A DNA stretch of 64,000 bases, from the NCBI GenBank assembly GCA_016906335.1, contig JADEYG010000002.1:62001-126000 (forward strand). Direction: 5' to 3'. The notes beneath the pieces were generated by a model. That model saw only the letters and a program-made list of their open reading frames with translations. It did no database searches and was not told the origin of the DNA. Each line of letters begins with the position of its first letter. Position 1 is the stretch's first letter. Below are positions 20,790 to 31,885 of this stretch, one piece after another. Made by a program: the position numbers and the translations under genes. The stretch comes from Novakomyces olei (Eukaryota).

Positions 20790-21420
20790 TGTAAGACGGT
20801 CCTTACAGCTACAACCGCTGGGGGCCGGCCGTGTATAGTTTAAACTGAAGTAAAGGAATAAGAGATATCAAAGAAACCGAAAGCGATTACTGTAAAGCTT
20901 ACCGAGAGTAATATAATATATTACTCCCACTTTGAGATAATCAACCCGTGAAGGGCGAGAGGCCTTCACGGGCAACTATAAACTAAACTACGTTGTGGAG
21001 GAGCGGATGCTCCTTCGCATTCTAAACTACTCTTCCCAAGCTAACTTGTGCGACCTTCGCACAAATTAGAGAGGGAAGCTCTCAACCTAAACTAATCTAT
21101 GAAATAACTATGAATGTTCTCGCGCTAGCGGAGTGCGAAGGGTCGCACTCGCTAGCGTGCGAGAATTAGAACGGGAAGCGAGGTTCGTACACATTGTGCA
21201 TGGAGCCCCTCGCTCCCGTGGGCCAAGCTGGCTTAGTGCGCGTACCTACATGCGCACTAAGTCAGATTCTACGTCCCAAGACCATCGCGTTACGCGCCGA
21301 CTGGTCTTGGGCCGCGTTGGCGAAGCTTGCGACACGCGGACAACCCAAATCCGACTAAAGGCGTCGCCCCTTGCTTCCCAACGCGGCTGTCAGGAACTCC
21401 CCAAGGCGAGGATCATGACA
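20790..21420 (-). mobile_element. Solo LTR (631 bp) inserted in the Copia-2 zinc knuckle
   Basis: TGTAAGA...CATGACA, TSD AATGG at 20785-20789 and 21421-21425. Strand inferred from the promoter motif shared with LTR D. Confidence 0.9.
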
Positions 21421-21978
21421 AATGGTAACATTTTGGAGGGGACTTTGTTCTGCTGTCTTTGGCATAATGAGCAATTTTGATGAGGTATTCTCCATTTTCT
21501 TTATTCTCGCTCAAGTCGTTAACTCTGTCAATTATTTTTGTTCTTATGTCTTGAAGTGTCACACCAGTAATGCCAAGAAGAGCTTTAATTCCTTGAAATT
21601 CTTGAGGGAGCCCATTCACATAATTAAGCATTTTGTCTTCGTTGTCCATCTCAGCTCCAGACGCTGTCGCCTCCGTTTCCAATTCGTCCACCCTGTTGAG
21701 ATATTGGTAAATATCTTTGAACTGATCTAGCCTAAGCTGATCAAGTTGCTTTATTGTTTCTCTAAGGTGGCGTTTGGTGCTCCTGCCATAAAGTTGCTCG
21801 AGAAGTATCAGTACTTCAGTACCATTTTCATGGTTTCTGAAGCTGAACACCATCTCGGGAGACACACACGACGCAATCATAGACAGCAGCTGAGTTTCTT
21901 TTCTTTTGTATTCATTTTGCGCTTTCAGTCCAGTGTTTTCTTTTGCTGCAATGATGCTCTGATCATCCAGCTCCTTAG
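21421..21978 (-). pseudogene. Central gag segment of Copia-2
   Basis: LLEQLYGRS...IYQYLNRVDEL...YVNGLPQEFQGI, typical of Copia gag; interrupted at both ends by solo LTRs. Confidence 0.88.
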
Positions 21979-22607
21979 TGTCATGATCCTCGCCTTGGCG
22001 AGTCCCCGACAGCCGCGTTGGGAAGCGAGAGGCGACGCCTGTAGTCGGACTTGGGTTGTCCGCGTGTCGCAAGCTTCGCCAACGCGGCCCAAGACCAGTC
22101 GGCGCGTAACGCGATGGTTTTGGGACGTAGAAGTTGTCTTAGTGCGCATGTAGGTACGCGCACTAAGCCAGCTTGGCCCACGGGAGAGAGGGGCTCCATG
22201 CACAATGTGCACGGACTTCGCTTCCCGTTCTCATTCTCGCACGCTAGCGAGTGCGACCCTTTGCACTCCGCTAGCGCGAGAACAATCCATAGTTATTTCC
22301 ATAGACTAGTTTAGGTTGAGAGCTTCCCGCTCTAACTTGTGTGACCTTCGCATAAGTTAGCTTGGGAAGAGTAGTTTAGAGTGCGGAGCATCCGCTCCTC
22401 CGTAGCTTAGTTTAGTTTATAGTTGCCCGTGAAGGCCTCTCGCCCTTCACGGGTTGATTATCTCAAAGTGGGAGTAATATATTATATTACTCCCGGTAAG
22501 CCTTACAATAATCGCTTTCTGTTCCTATTGTTTCGTAATTCCATTTGCTTCTGTTAAACTATACACGGCCGGCCTCCAGCGGTTGTAGTTGTAAGAACCG
22601 TCTTACA
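21979..22607 (+). mobile_element. Solo LTR (629 bp), same family as 20790-21420, opposite orientation
   Basis: TGTCATG...TCTTACA, TSD CTTAG at 21974-21978 and 22608-22612, reverse-complement similarity to 20790-21420. Confidence 0.9.
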
Positions 22608-22776
22608 CTTAGCTCTTCTGTGTATATCCAAAAGGCTCTTCCATGTCCTGAAGTTATAGGGTGTCAGGACAGGAATCTTTAGCATTCCGCTCTCTAGTGC
22701 GTTTGAGGCCATTGCTTTAAATGCTCTTTACTTCACTTTTGTTTCTTCGTTTCTTCTGATTAACGCTCAACTATCC

Positions 22777-22788
22777 GGGCTCATAACC
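22777..22788 (-). promoter_or_regulatory. Copia-2 primer-binding site, half-tRNAiMet type
   Basis: Minus strand reads CAACA|GGTTATGAGCCC directly after the LTR, resembling the GGTTATGGGCCC PBS of Drosophila copia/Ty5-type elements. Confidence 0.8.
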
Positions 22789-22921
22789 TGTTGAAAATAT
22801 TTTGTGTCTCAAAGAATTTTATTAACGCTATTTCTCTTATATATTGGTTCCATGTTTATAGGAAAACCCACAACTAATCTAAACTAATAAGAAGCATAGA
22901 TACTTCGATTTACCTTTAACA
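22789..22921 (-). repeat. 5' LTR of Copia-2 (~133 bp)
   Basis: TGTT...AACA ends, adjacent to the PBS. The partner LTR is not in the window, so the outer end is unconfirmed. Confidence 0.7.
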
Positions 22922-23461
22922 ATTTATTATTTATTATTTATTATTTATCTGACTGCTCTTATTTTCGTTTCTTTGTTTAATTTTTAATGTTGTTAGTCGG
23001 AAATACTTTTCCATGTTCTATAATTATAGGGATTGATAACAGGAAGCTTAATCAGCATTTAGTTATCAAGAGAGTTCATTATTTCAAACTTTGATTCTTT
23101 CCCTGAAGGCTCCAGGCTCATATAACCTATTAGATCTTTTGAACAGAGACACAATAAAGTGGATTAGTTACCCCAAGGTTGTAAGATTCTATGTACTTGT
23201 ATTTATATAAAATAAATAGATAGTTAAACCACTAAATAAAGAAATAGTTTAACATAAATGGGATCTTCGATTAATATTATAAGTTGTTTCGACATATAGC
23301 TATTTGTTAATAGACAATAGAAGAAGATTGAAGGCAAATACAAAAGCCTAGTTTAAACCGAAAATAAAGTAATATCCTACTAGTAACAAAACTATTTGGT
23401 CGAACAACGATATATGATATATGAAACGTCAACTTAAGCTTGCGTAACAATCCACGTCAGC

Positions 23462-24291
23462 ATGGATCATATCGCCCTGACGGAGCCCTGGAGCCGCGAC
23501 GATGAACGGGACGATTTATTTGCTCGTGCTATTCTCGGCACTTCTGCTGTAACTCAGAGGTTGAGCGGCCCTGTACAGCACACGAAATCGCCTACGGTGA
23601 CTGGAACTTCAGTCCTTGGTATAAGATTCAAAGACGGAGTCATGTTAGCGGCAGACAACTTGGGTAAGCCATTAATCGGAATTGAAATAAATGCTAATCA
23701 CTTCAAGCTTCGTATGGCAGCATGGCACGATTTCGCAATATAGAGCGTCTACAAGAAGTTGGGGACAATGCGGTCATTGCGGTTGGGGGGGATATAGCTG
23801 ATTTCCAGCACTTGCAGCATATAATAACTAAGCTTGTCATCCGCGAAAGTAATCAAAGTGACGGAACTCCATTGACAGCTCCGCAAGTAGCGACTTACTT
23901 GGGCAATCTCCTTTACCAGCGTAGATCTAATATTGATCCTCTCTGGAATACTGTAATAATCGCGGGCGCAGAGCATTTGTCGTACGCAGACCTGTACGGG
24001 ACCACGTACGAAAGTGAGTGTATTTCCACGGGACTTGGTTCGTATCTTGCAATTCCGCTTTTGCGCAAGGCCGCTGAACTGGGCCGCTGGCGTGAGCTTA
24101 CACGTGAACAAGCTCGCGAGACTATTAACGATGCTATGCGTGTGTTATACTACAGGGACGCTCGCAGTACAAACAAGTTTTCGGTGGCTACTATAACTGC
24201 CTCGGGAACGGAGATCGAGAAAGATCAGTCGGTTACTACAGAATGGAAGTTTGCGGAAGGGTTACGCGGGTACGGAGCGCAGGTTGTATAG
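23462..24291 (+). CDS. PRE4: 20S proteasome subunit beta-7
   Basis: [43 protein letters not shown]. Intron 23664-23707 (GTAAGC..GCTAAT..AAG). Confidence 0.95.
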
Positions 24292-24547
24292 CCAAACCGT
24301 ATAGTCTTTGGTAATTAATTTATCGTCATCATGAAAGAATGGCAAAACATAATTACTCAGGCTGCACATGTTTCTAGAATTAGCCCTAACCAGACTTTGA
24401 GTAAGGAAATAAAATCGTGACTCGAGACAGTCAAATGGTGTCCACATACAAGGAGTGACTACTATTGCAGAGTATGATACGCGTATTTACAAAAGTTTAC
24501 GCTCTAAAATGCCCACTACTATATTTACCGTGTGTTTAAATACATAA

Positions 24548-25606
24548 TCATTTGACTGATTCCCGTCTCAGTGCCAAGACAAGCGTGCCAGCTTCATCGA
24601 TATACCCCTTTGAAGTACCTAAAAGCACCTCTGACTCTTGCAATGGTACAGTATAGTAAAATCCCTGATCCTTTGCCCTGGAAAATACCAGCCGAGGTGC
24701 GTTGCTCTCATTTGTATGCAATACTATTTCACAATCAGCCAGTTGCTGGCTCAGTTCCCCGTCTCGACAGACTAGTACGATTTCATCAAAAGTCCGTTTC
24801 ACACCGAAATCGATCCTTTCTGGGCCATTGTTTCCAGATTTACCCCCCTCCTCCGGTAACTCTTCAATTTGTACAGGCTGGGGGGAAACTATCTTATTTC
24901 CACGCCGTCGTACCCGAATATTATCCGGTGTTCCTTTTTGTCGTAATTTTGGTATAGAAAAAGCACGCGACAGCCGAATGTACCATCCGATACATACGCG
25001 CTCGATACTCTGCAGGCAGGCTTCAATTAGAGCTGGCTGCATCTCCGCCACGTCTTCAGCTGGTCCCTCAGTGGCTGCTTCATACAGGCTCGTATGCACA
25101 CAGCAATCGTATACTATACATGGTTTGCCGGCTGCCATTATTAGCCAAAAAGACTTGATAAAGAGATTGATTGTTGTAAAAACTTGATAAAGAATTATTT
25201 TGAAGCCCACCATTATCACTGTCTGTTCGCGGCTGCGATACAATTACGGGAATATGTGTGCTGCCCGGCTCGGGTAGCAATCCAGAGCTATGATGCACAA
25301 CGTTTATAAGCACTTTTGTTCCCGGGCGAAAAGCAGGTGGAGCTTGCGTTTCGTCAATTGACGAAATAACTGTTTTCACGACAAACCCGGCAATGGGAGC
25401 CTCGTCGATTTCGTCGGGTGCAGGAGCTGAAGACGACTGTGATTCGTCCAATCCTCGCAAGATAATGTCATCCGCGCCGCGCGCACTTTGTGATTCACCA
25501 TCTGCCTGACAGATTAATTAATCATTTCTGCTTTTTTTCTTACCGGCTCCAAGTTCAAATCCAGTTTCGCCTTCCATCCTTCGTCCTCCCGCAGTTCCAT
25601 CTTCAT
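24548..25606 (-). CDS. PIH1: PIH1/Nop17 R2TP complex subunit (spliced; start inferred)
   Basis: GFVVKT, KVLINV, IPVIVSQPRTD, GKPCIVYDCCV and IPKLRQKG motifs across two frames. Confidence 0.75.
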
Positions 25607-25815
25607 CTCATTGCACGCACAGATAATTATCTTTGCTTAATATATGAGCAAAATTTGTTATGAGAAGGCGCGTATTTATTGCAATTCTTATCTGCAAAAG
25701 GATCTCGAATAAATTAATAAAATATAAATATATAAAAATTATAAAAATTATAAAAATTAGTTATAAAATCTATAAAATTTGTCAATATTAGCCACCGCGA
25801 ATCCAGCTGCGAGCA

Positions 25816-26395
25816 TGCAATCTGTATGGTAAGACGCTTCACCGCCGCCTTTAAGCAATAGCATATGAACGCTAGCAATATGAACAGAGCTGCCTGATCA
25901 AATTTTGGCTAATGTTTAGACCGCTCCGGCACAGAGCCAGATAAGACGTGCCGTCGATACAACGGCTCGCGGTACGGCATTTCTTTAAAGCAATAGACTA
26001 ATCGAGATACAGCGGCCGATGTATTTGTTGGAATATATTTCAAAACAATCGATACGAATCGTCCGCTCGTAAATCGGTTTTACCGTGGTTCAAGTTCTCG
26101 TATAATCTACAATGGAACTGCGTTTGATGGTGAACGTTTCGCCGAATTTGTAAACAAATTGCCCTCGACTCGCCATACCGTTCAGTGTTACGACTGCCAT
26201 CCCTTGAAAGCCAGCGAAGATTCTGGAGCCGCTTTTGACACGACGAATAGCTGTCTTGCTATAACTGTTACGGGAAAAGTTGCCTACGGAGATGAGCGGC
26301 CAAGAGTGTTTCATGATTCTTTTATACTTGCACCCGATGCAGCCCAGCAAGGCACGTATTTCGTCGCCAGTGAGTGCTTTCGGCAGATTGGCTGA
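25816..26395 (+). CDS. NXT1: NTF2-related export protein (5' exons uncertain)
   Basis: FVGIYFKTID...FY...IIYNG, LPSTRHTVQCYDCHP, VTGKVAYG, FHDSFIL, YFVASECFR. Confidence 0.8.
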
Positions 26396-26918
26396 TTGCT
26401 AAAGTACGAATGCAGTTCGTGACGGATCGATTTCTATTACATTTTATATCATGATAAAAGCTTTGATTTGTAAATGCATATCGTTGGAAAATGCAGGTGT
26501 TTTAAATCCTCAAGTTACTATAAATGGCCCGTACAATTTGCACGCAACCACCGTTATCGCTTCGTTTTATTCTAAACATTTTGCTAGCATCGTTATATCA
26601 CAATTAATACTACTGGCTTGGGTTATTGATCTGTTAAATTAGACGCGTACCGTGTTAGAAATGCATCTAATCCACACCCGTCTAGCCTATTGTAGAGCGC
26701 ATTTACGCGCGCCTAATCCGTTAGCAAACTCTGCCGATTCCGTGGATGCTATTCGTCAAGTTTCTATAGTCGCCAAGTTTCAACAATCGATACATCTGAG
26801 ATCTCGGCTATATATAAACTTCGCGTTGACTTTGCAATCAGTCGAATAGACTGCCTTTGTCTGCGGTATCTTGTATGATTCCGCAAGCTTACTCCCAACA
26901 AATTTCGGCAGTTTTGAG

Positions 26919-27172
26919 CTACAGAGGTCGCTGCAGACTGTTTTGCTCCTCGAGATTCAGGCCGCTGTAGCGCGAATAGTTTCGCCACATTTGGCTCACA
27001 ATTTCCATATCCATGTTGCGATCGTTAATCGTCTGTGTGTCAGAAACGCTCTACAAAACTTGCATACCTTTAGAGATCGGTTAACTTCCACGATCGCTTC
27101 ATTTAGCTTTTCGACATTGACAATGACGCGTTGCATTAACGCGTTCTGCTGCTCTTCATGCGGATTGTACAT
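26919..27172 (-). CDS. DAD4: DASH/Dam1 kinetochore subunit Dad4
   Basis: Manual translation [56 protein letters not shown] with a 35-nt intron at 27033-27067. Confidence 0.88.
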
Positions 27173-27649
27173 GTTGTGGTGTGGACGAATAGCGCGTTAG
27201 AAATAGGATATATACGGTGAAGTGTCATATACTATGCTGAGCTACATTAAAGTATAATTAATGCTATAATAATAATACAGCCAAAGGCGGAGTCGGCAGA
27301 GTCGATACTGAACCTTGTACCGCGGACTCAGTCTGTAGCGGGCTATTTGTCAATTTAATTCGAATTTACGGTTTAACTTACAAATTCAATTTACCGTTGG
27401 CGCCTTAACAATTTTCACCGTTCATTTTACAGTCTAATGAAGCTGCGAGTTTGTAAATAGCTATACCAATGCTCTCTGTACAAATTGTATGTATTATTTG
27501 CACAGTATGTAAGTATTTATTTGTACAAATTGTGGTAATTTTTGTATGTGATGTGCATAGCGCACCAAGACACAAGTACTTAAAGTCGTAATGCGTTAAT
27601 TATGAAACGTTCTGCACAATTCTTGGGCCACGTACGTACGCACTCAACG

Positions 27650-29005
27650 ATGGGGATTTTAGAGGTACAAAGTTCTTTTGAAGTCTGCTAAGCACTGTAG
27701 GAAATCGCGGTACGCGCAGACGTGCAAGGGCTCCCCTGGCTCCGAGTAGTAGTCACGTTTATAGTTGCGCAATACGCCTTGGAGCAATGGCTCGCTTGGC
27801 GGCAGTACCAAACGTACTTTGCTCCCAGGCCACCTGCGGCACTGGCGGCAGTTATCGATCAGGAGACGTTTGATAAGAGCCAAAAGTACTCGCGTGCAAA
27901 AGCCCAGTTTGCTGCTGTCTCGCAGACATATGGTCTATTGCAGAATCTGGTCGTGCTCCACTATGCCGTACTGCCCCGACTGTGGGCATTAGCGGGAAGG
28001 CTGTCCTCCCAATTGCACTTTTTGCCGTCCCGCTGGCATGGTGAGACACTTCAGGCTTGTGCTTTTACACTGCTTTTCACTTTAGCCTCCACCCTGCTTA
28101 ACCTACCCTTCAGCTATTATCGCTCTTTTGTGCTGGAAGAGCGGTTTGGCTTCAACAAGCAGACACATTTTATTTTTGCCAAGGATATGATTCTTACATT
28201 GCTCTTGGGAATGGCTATCGGTCTGCCTGTGCTTGCTGCTTTCCTGAAGATTATTGGCTACTTTGGCGACGTGTTTTTCTATTATTTATGGCTGTTTTTC
28301 GTCGCGTTCCAGGTTATCATGATCGCTATATATCCCACGCTTATTCAGCCGCTTTTCAACAAGCTGACTCCGCTACCGGACGGTGAGCTACGGCACGCGG
28401 TGGAGGCATTAGCACGCGCACAATCGTTCCCACTCAAGCATCTGTACGTGATTGATGGGTCAAAGCGAAGCGGCCATTCTAATGCATACTTTTACGGTTT
28501 ACCATGGAGCAAGCAGATTGTGCTGTTTGATACGCTGATTGAGCAGTCAACAACGGAGCAAGTAGTGGCTGTGCTCGCTCACGAGCTTGGTCACTGGGCG
28601 CTTTCGCACACGACAAAGATGCTTTTCATCGGACTTACACAAATGTTTATCGTGTTTGCTCTTTTCTCTGCCTTTATTCATAACCATTCGTTTTTTGCCA
28701 GCTTTGGGTTTGTCCATGAAAGACCGATTTTGATTGGGTTTTTGCTGTACTCTGACGTCCTTTCGCCCATTGACAGTTTGCTCACTTTCTTGATTAACGG
28801 GCTTACACGCAAACACGAATACGAGGCCGATGCGTACGCAAAACGGCTCAACTACACTGAAAGCCTGGCTGAGGCGCTTATTAAACTGCAAAAGGAGAAT
28901 CTTAGTGCAATGGACGCTGATCCTCTTTACAGCGCTTACCATCACTCGCATCCTATCCTTGCCCACCGTCTCCAGGCACTAGGCTACCAAGCAAAAGAGG
29001 AATAG
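27650..29005 (+). CDS. STE24: CAAX prenyl protease 1 (M48 zinc metalloprotease)
   Basis: IDGSKRSGHSNAYFYG, AHELGHW, EYEAD, HHSHP. Short first exon and intron 27665-27700. Confidence 0.96.
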
Positions 29006-29550
29006 CCTTGAACCGAAAATACAGGAAGTATACAGACAAAGACACGATTTGGGGATGCATAAATTATTACGGCATCATGCTTGCCTGTGACTGAAAAACA
29101 AAAATGGACTCTAAAAGTCTAGGCCAAGTCTAGGCCGTCTATAGGGGCCACAATATGAATGCACAATGAAGAAACTTTATAGATTACTCCCTTGCCGTCG
29201 TAGAGAGCATACTGGATTGTATTGACATTAGCGTCTGGCGCTTTCCCGTCCTGCGCTGACCATACTGCCGCCGGCGAGCAAGCTTACACTACTCGCAATA
29301 GAAAACAAGTCGTACTCTTAGTGTGATTTAATTGCCCGTTGTATGACTTGTACGCATCCCACATTTACACTTCCGGTGCTGCGATAAGGCAGCTCTGTAC
29401 GCAACGAGTAAGTAACGCGTTCTGCCAAATCGTAAACGCAGATAATTCGTGCTCGCCAGCTGTCATCTGGACTAGCGCTATACGGCAATTACGACTCTAT
29501 CCATTCACACCATTATCTACAGGGAATAGGGAAAGGCTCAGCCGTGGGAA

Positions 29551-30786
29551 ATGACCCGCTTTTCGCGTCTCGTACGCTTTATTGCCCGTGAAGATGGCCG
29601 TGTTCGATTGGGCGATGCAGTTTTGCGGCCAGGCAGCACTGATGCCCGAGACGCCACTCATGCATATGAGATTTCTGGAGACATTTTCGGTGAGCATTCG
29701 GTGAGCAATCGCCTGTGGTCTATTGAGCGGCTATTGCCGCCGCTCGATTTTTCGCAAGCCGGAACTGTCCGCTGTCTAGGTCTTAACTATGCACAGCACG
29801 CAGCAGAGGTATTAATAATTGATTGAGCCTTTTAATTGAGCCTTAATTATTTGTCCAATTCTTTTTTATTCCCTATCTAAGTACAGTCAAAAATGCCGAT
29901 TCCCAAAACACCGGTGCTTTTTTACAAACCCGTTACAGCTTTGAGCGGACCTACTGACGAGATTGTCGTCCCCAGACACTTGCAAGAACCTAATGAAAAC
30001 GACTACGAGTGTGAGCTCGTCGTTGTGATCGGAAAGCCGGCTCGCAATGTATCCGCAAAGGATGCGCTCCGATACGTTCTCGGCTACTGCGTCGGAAATG
30101 GTATTGTTTGTTTATATTACTCTTCTCTCGGTCCGCAATAAATTTGAAGCTCTGGCCATGACTTGACTGTGTTTTGGACGAGTTACTGTGTCCAGGCTTC
30201 TCTCCTTGACTTTGCAAGGCTCAATAAATTTTGTGCTAACAGCTTCCAGACGTGAGCAACCGTAATTGGCAAATCAAACAGGGAGGTGGTCAATGGAGCC
30301 ACGGGAAGAGCGCTGATGGCTGGTACGAATTGATTTTTATTCAGTTTATTTAACTGTTTTACTTTTATTGACTTATCTAACACGTACAGGGCACCGATAG
30401 GCCCTGCTATCGTATCGGCGGATATTGTGACAAAACCGAATGCCTTGAAGATGTCGACAATCATCAACGGCCAAGTAATGCAAGACTCAACAACGGCGGA
30501 TCAAGTATTCAAAGTAGCAGAGACGATCGAGTTTTTGTCGAGAGGAGTAACGCTGCTCCCCGGGTCGCTGATAATGACAGGAACCCCTCAAGGTGAGAAG
30601 ACGCCAAATCCATAATAGGCCAATTAAATAACAAAACACGCCATTGCTAATACTTTTGCAGGTGTCGGTATGGGCCGCTCGCCGCCACGCTGGCTCCAAG
30701 ACGGAGACGTAGTCACGTGCCAAATCGAGCAGCTGGGCTCTATAAAGAACAAAGTTGTATTTGAAGGAGATCGAGCAAAATTGTAG
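29551..30786 (+). CDS. Fumarylacetoacetate hydrolase family protein (multi-exon)
   Basis: CLGLNYAQHAAE, PVLFYKP, DYECELVVVIGK, GYCVGND, TLLPGSLIMTGTP, WLQDGDVV. Confidence 0.9.
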
Positions 30787-30922
30787 TAATAGATGCAGCT
30801 TTAGTCTGCTGTAATCGAGCAAGGAAGCATTGAAGGCCTTTTAAGTATTTCATCGTGCAAAGCTCGAGTCTGTTTAGTCTGCCTTCACTCTATTGCGCAA
30901 TGTAGCAGCATAATATGTACAA

Positions 30923-31208
30923 TTAATCCGTCTCCTTTACATGGATATCCTTTATACTGTCGGAAGAATACGCCTGCAGCCGCCGCTGTCCCGTGCGCAA
31001 AAGGTACTCGATAGTAGTAAAATCCTTGCGGGGCACGTCTCGACCCTTTTCAAACTCGCGCCTGCTAGTTAGACAAAAGTATTCAAGCCAACGCTTACCG
31101 AATAAACATCAGCCAGTGAGAACGGAACTTGAGAGGCTTGTGGAAAGCGGCACGACAGCAGGCGCGGTACAAGTGTAAGCAGTCCCGCTGCAATCCAGAG
31201 AGCGTCAT
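30923..31208 (-). CDS. SDH6: Succinate dehydrogenase assembly factor 1 (LYR-motif protein)
   Basis: Manual translation MTLSGLQRDCLHLYRACCRAAFHKP...RREFEKGRDVPRKDFTTIEYLLRTGQRRLQAYSSDSIKDI with one short GTAAGC..CTAAC..CAG intron. Confidence 0.85.
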
Positions 31209-31885
31209 TGCGAGGGCTCTCAAACTTTATTGTCGTCAATGGACTAACGTGAAATAATATTTAGAGAATCAAAAGACCGTAACGCTGACCGTAACCCTAA
31301 TCCTGTTGATATTTTCCAGACTCACAATTTTTAGTATCATTTTCTCCAAGTCGGTTCAATTGAATATATTATGTTTTGAATATCATTTGTCTTTTAGATA
31401 CTGTGGAGAAATTGACTCTGTATACCTTTTGTAAATATTATTTCTTTGAAATAATTCTGTCTTTACGGTACTTATTAAATTCTCTAAATTCCATATTCAG
31501 TCTTTACCGATTTATTATTGAATAATATATATATCCCTGACAGCGCCTCTTCGCCTTGGGAGACCTTTATCACTAGTCGGATTGTTGATATCAACCATTC
31601 GAACTTTAAAATACTTTTAAAAACTCGGCAGATATTATATTTCCTGAAATATATTTCTTTTAAACATTCTGTTGATTATTCTCTAATATATTTCTAGTAA
31701 ACATTATTTTATAATTGTCTTTTATATTTATATAACTATTCTCTTTTAAACAATATTTTCTCAATATTTTCTCAATATTTTCTCCATATTTTCTCAATAT
31801 TTTCTCAATATTTTCTAAATATTCTAGTATATTGCTATTAATACTCTAGTATATTCATAATAATGTATATACAATTTAGCGCAAG

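Larger units (their letters stand above)
14762..22921 (-). mobile_element. Ty1/Copia element 2 (outermost host), 5' LTR-gag-protease split by element C and two solo LTRs
   Basis: Removing the insertions and one TSD copy each rebuilds MASNALESGMLKIPVLTPYNFRTWK (ATG 22712)...CYHCNKVGHIKRNC...FILDSGAGVHIT...FTAD. Confidence 0.9.

Noticed and set aside
21413-22072. 219-aa ORF as an intact gene
   Set aside because: Chimeric: its N-terminus comes from the solo LTR 21979-22607 and it stops inside the other solo LTR. Only the middle is Copia gag.
21133-22314. Short ORFs within the 630-bp solo LTRs
   Set aside because: GC-rich, palindrome-rich LTR sequence with no recognisable protein motifs.
1-22921. 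Repeat-induced point mutation
   Set aside because: A and C keep long intact ORFs and near-identical LTRs, and A/B differences do not show a dense C>T/G>A sweep by eye. Not computed.
23105-23140. Possible degenerate second Copia PBS/LTR junction (GGCTCATATAACCTATTAG)
   Set aside because: Loose similarity to 22777-22795 only, with no ORF, LTR pair or TSD support.
31260-31870. AT-rich stretch with TTTTCTCAATA repeats as a transposon relic
   Set aside because: No terminal repeats, TSD or protein motifs found. Treated as the divergent promoter region of SDH6 and the 611-aa gene.
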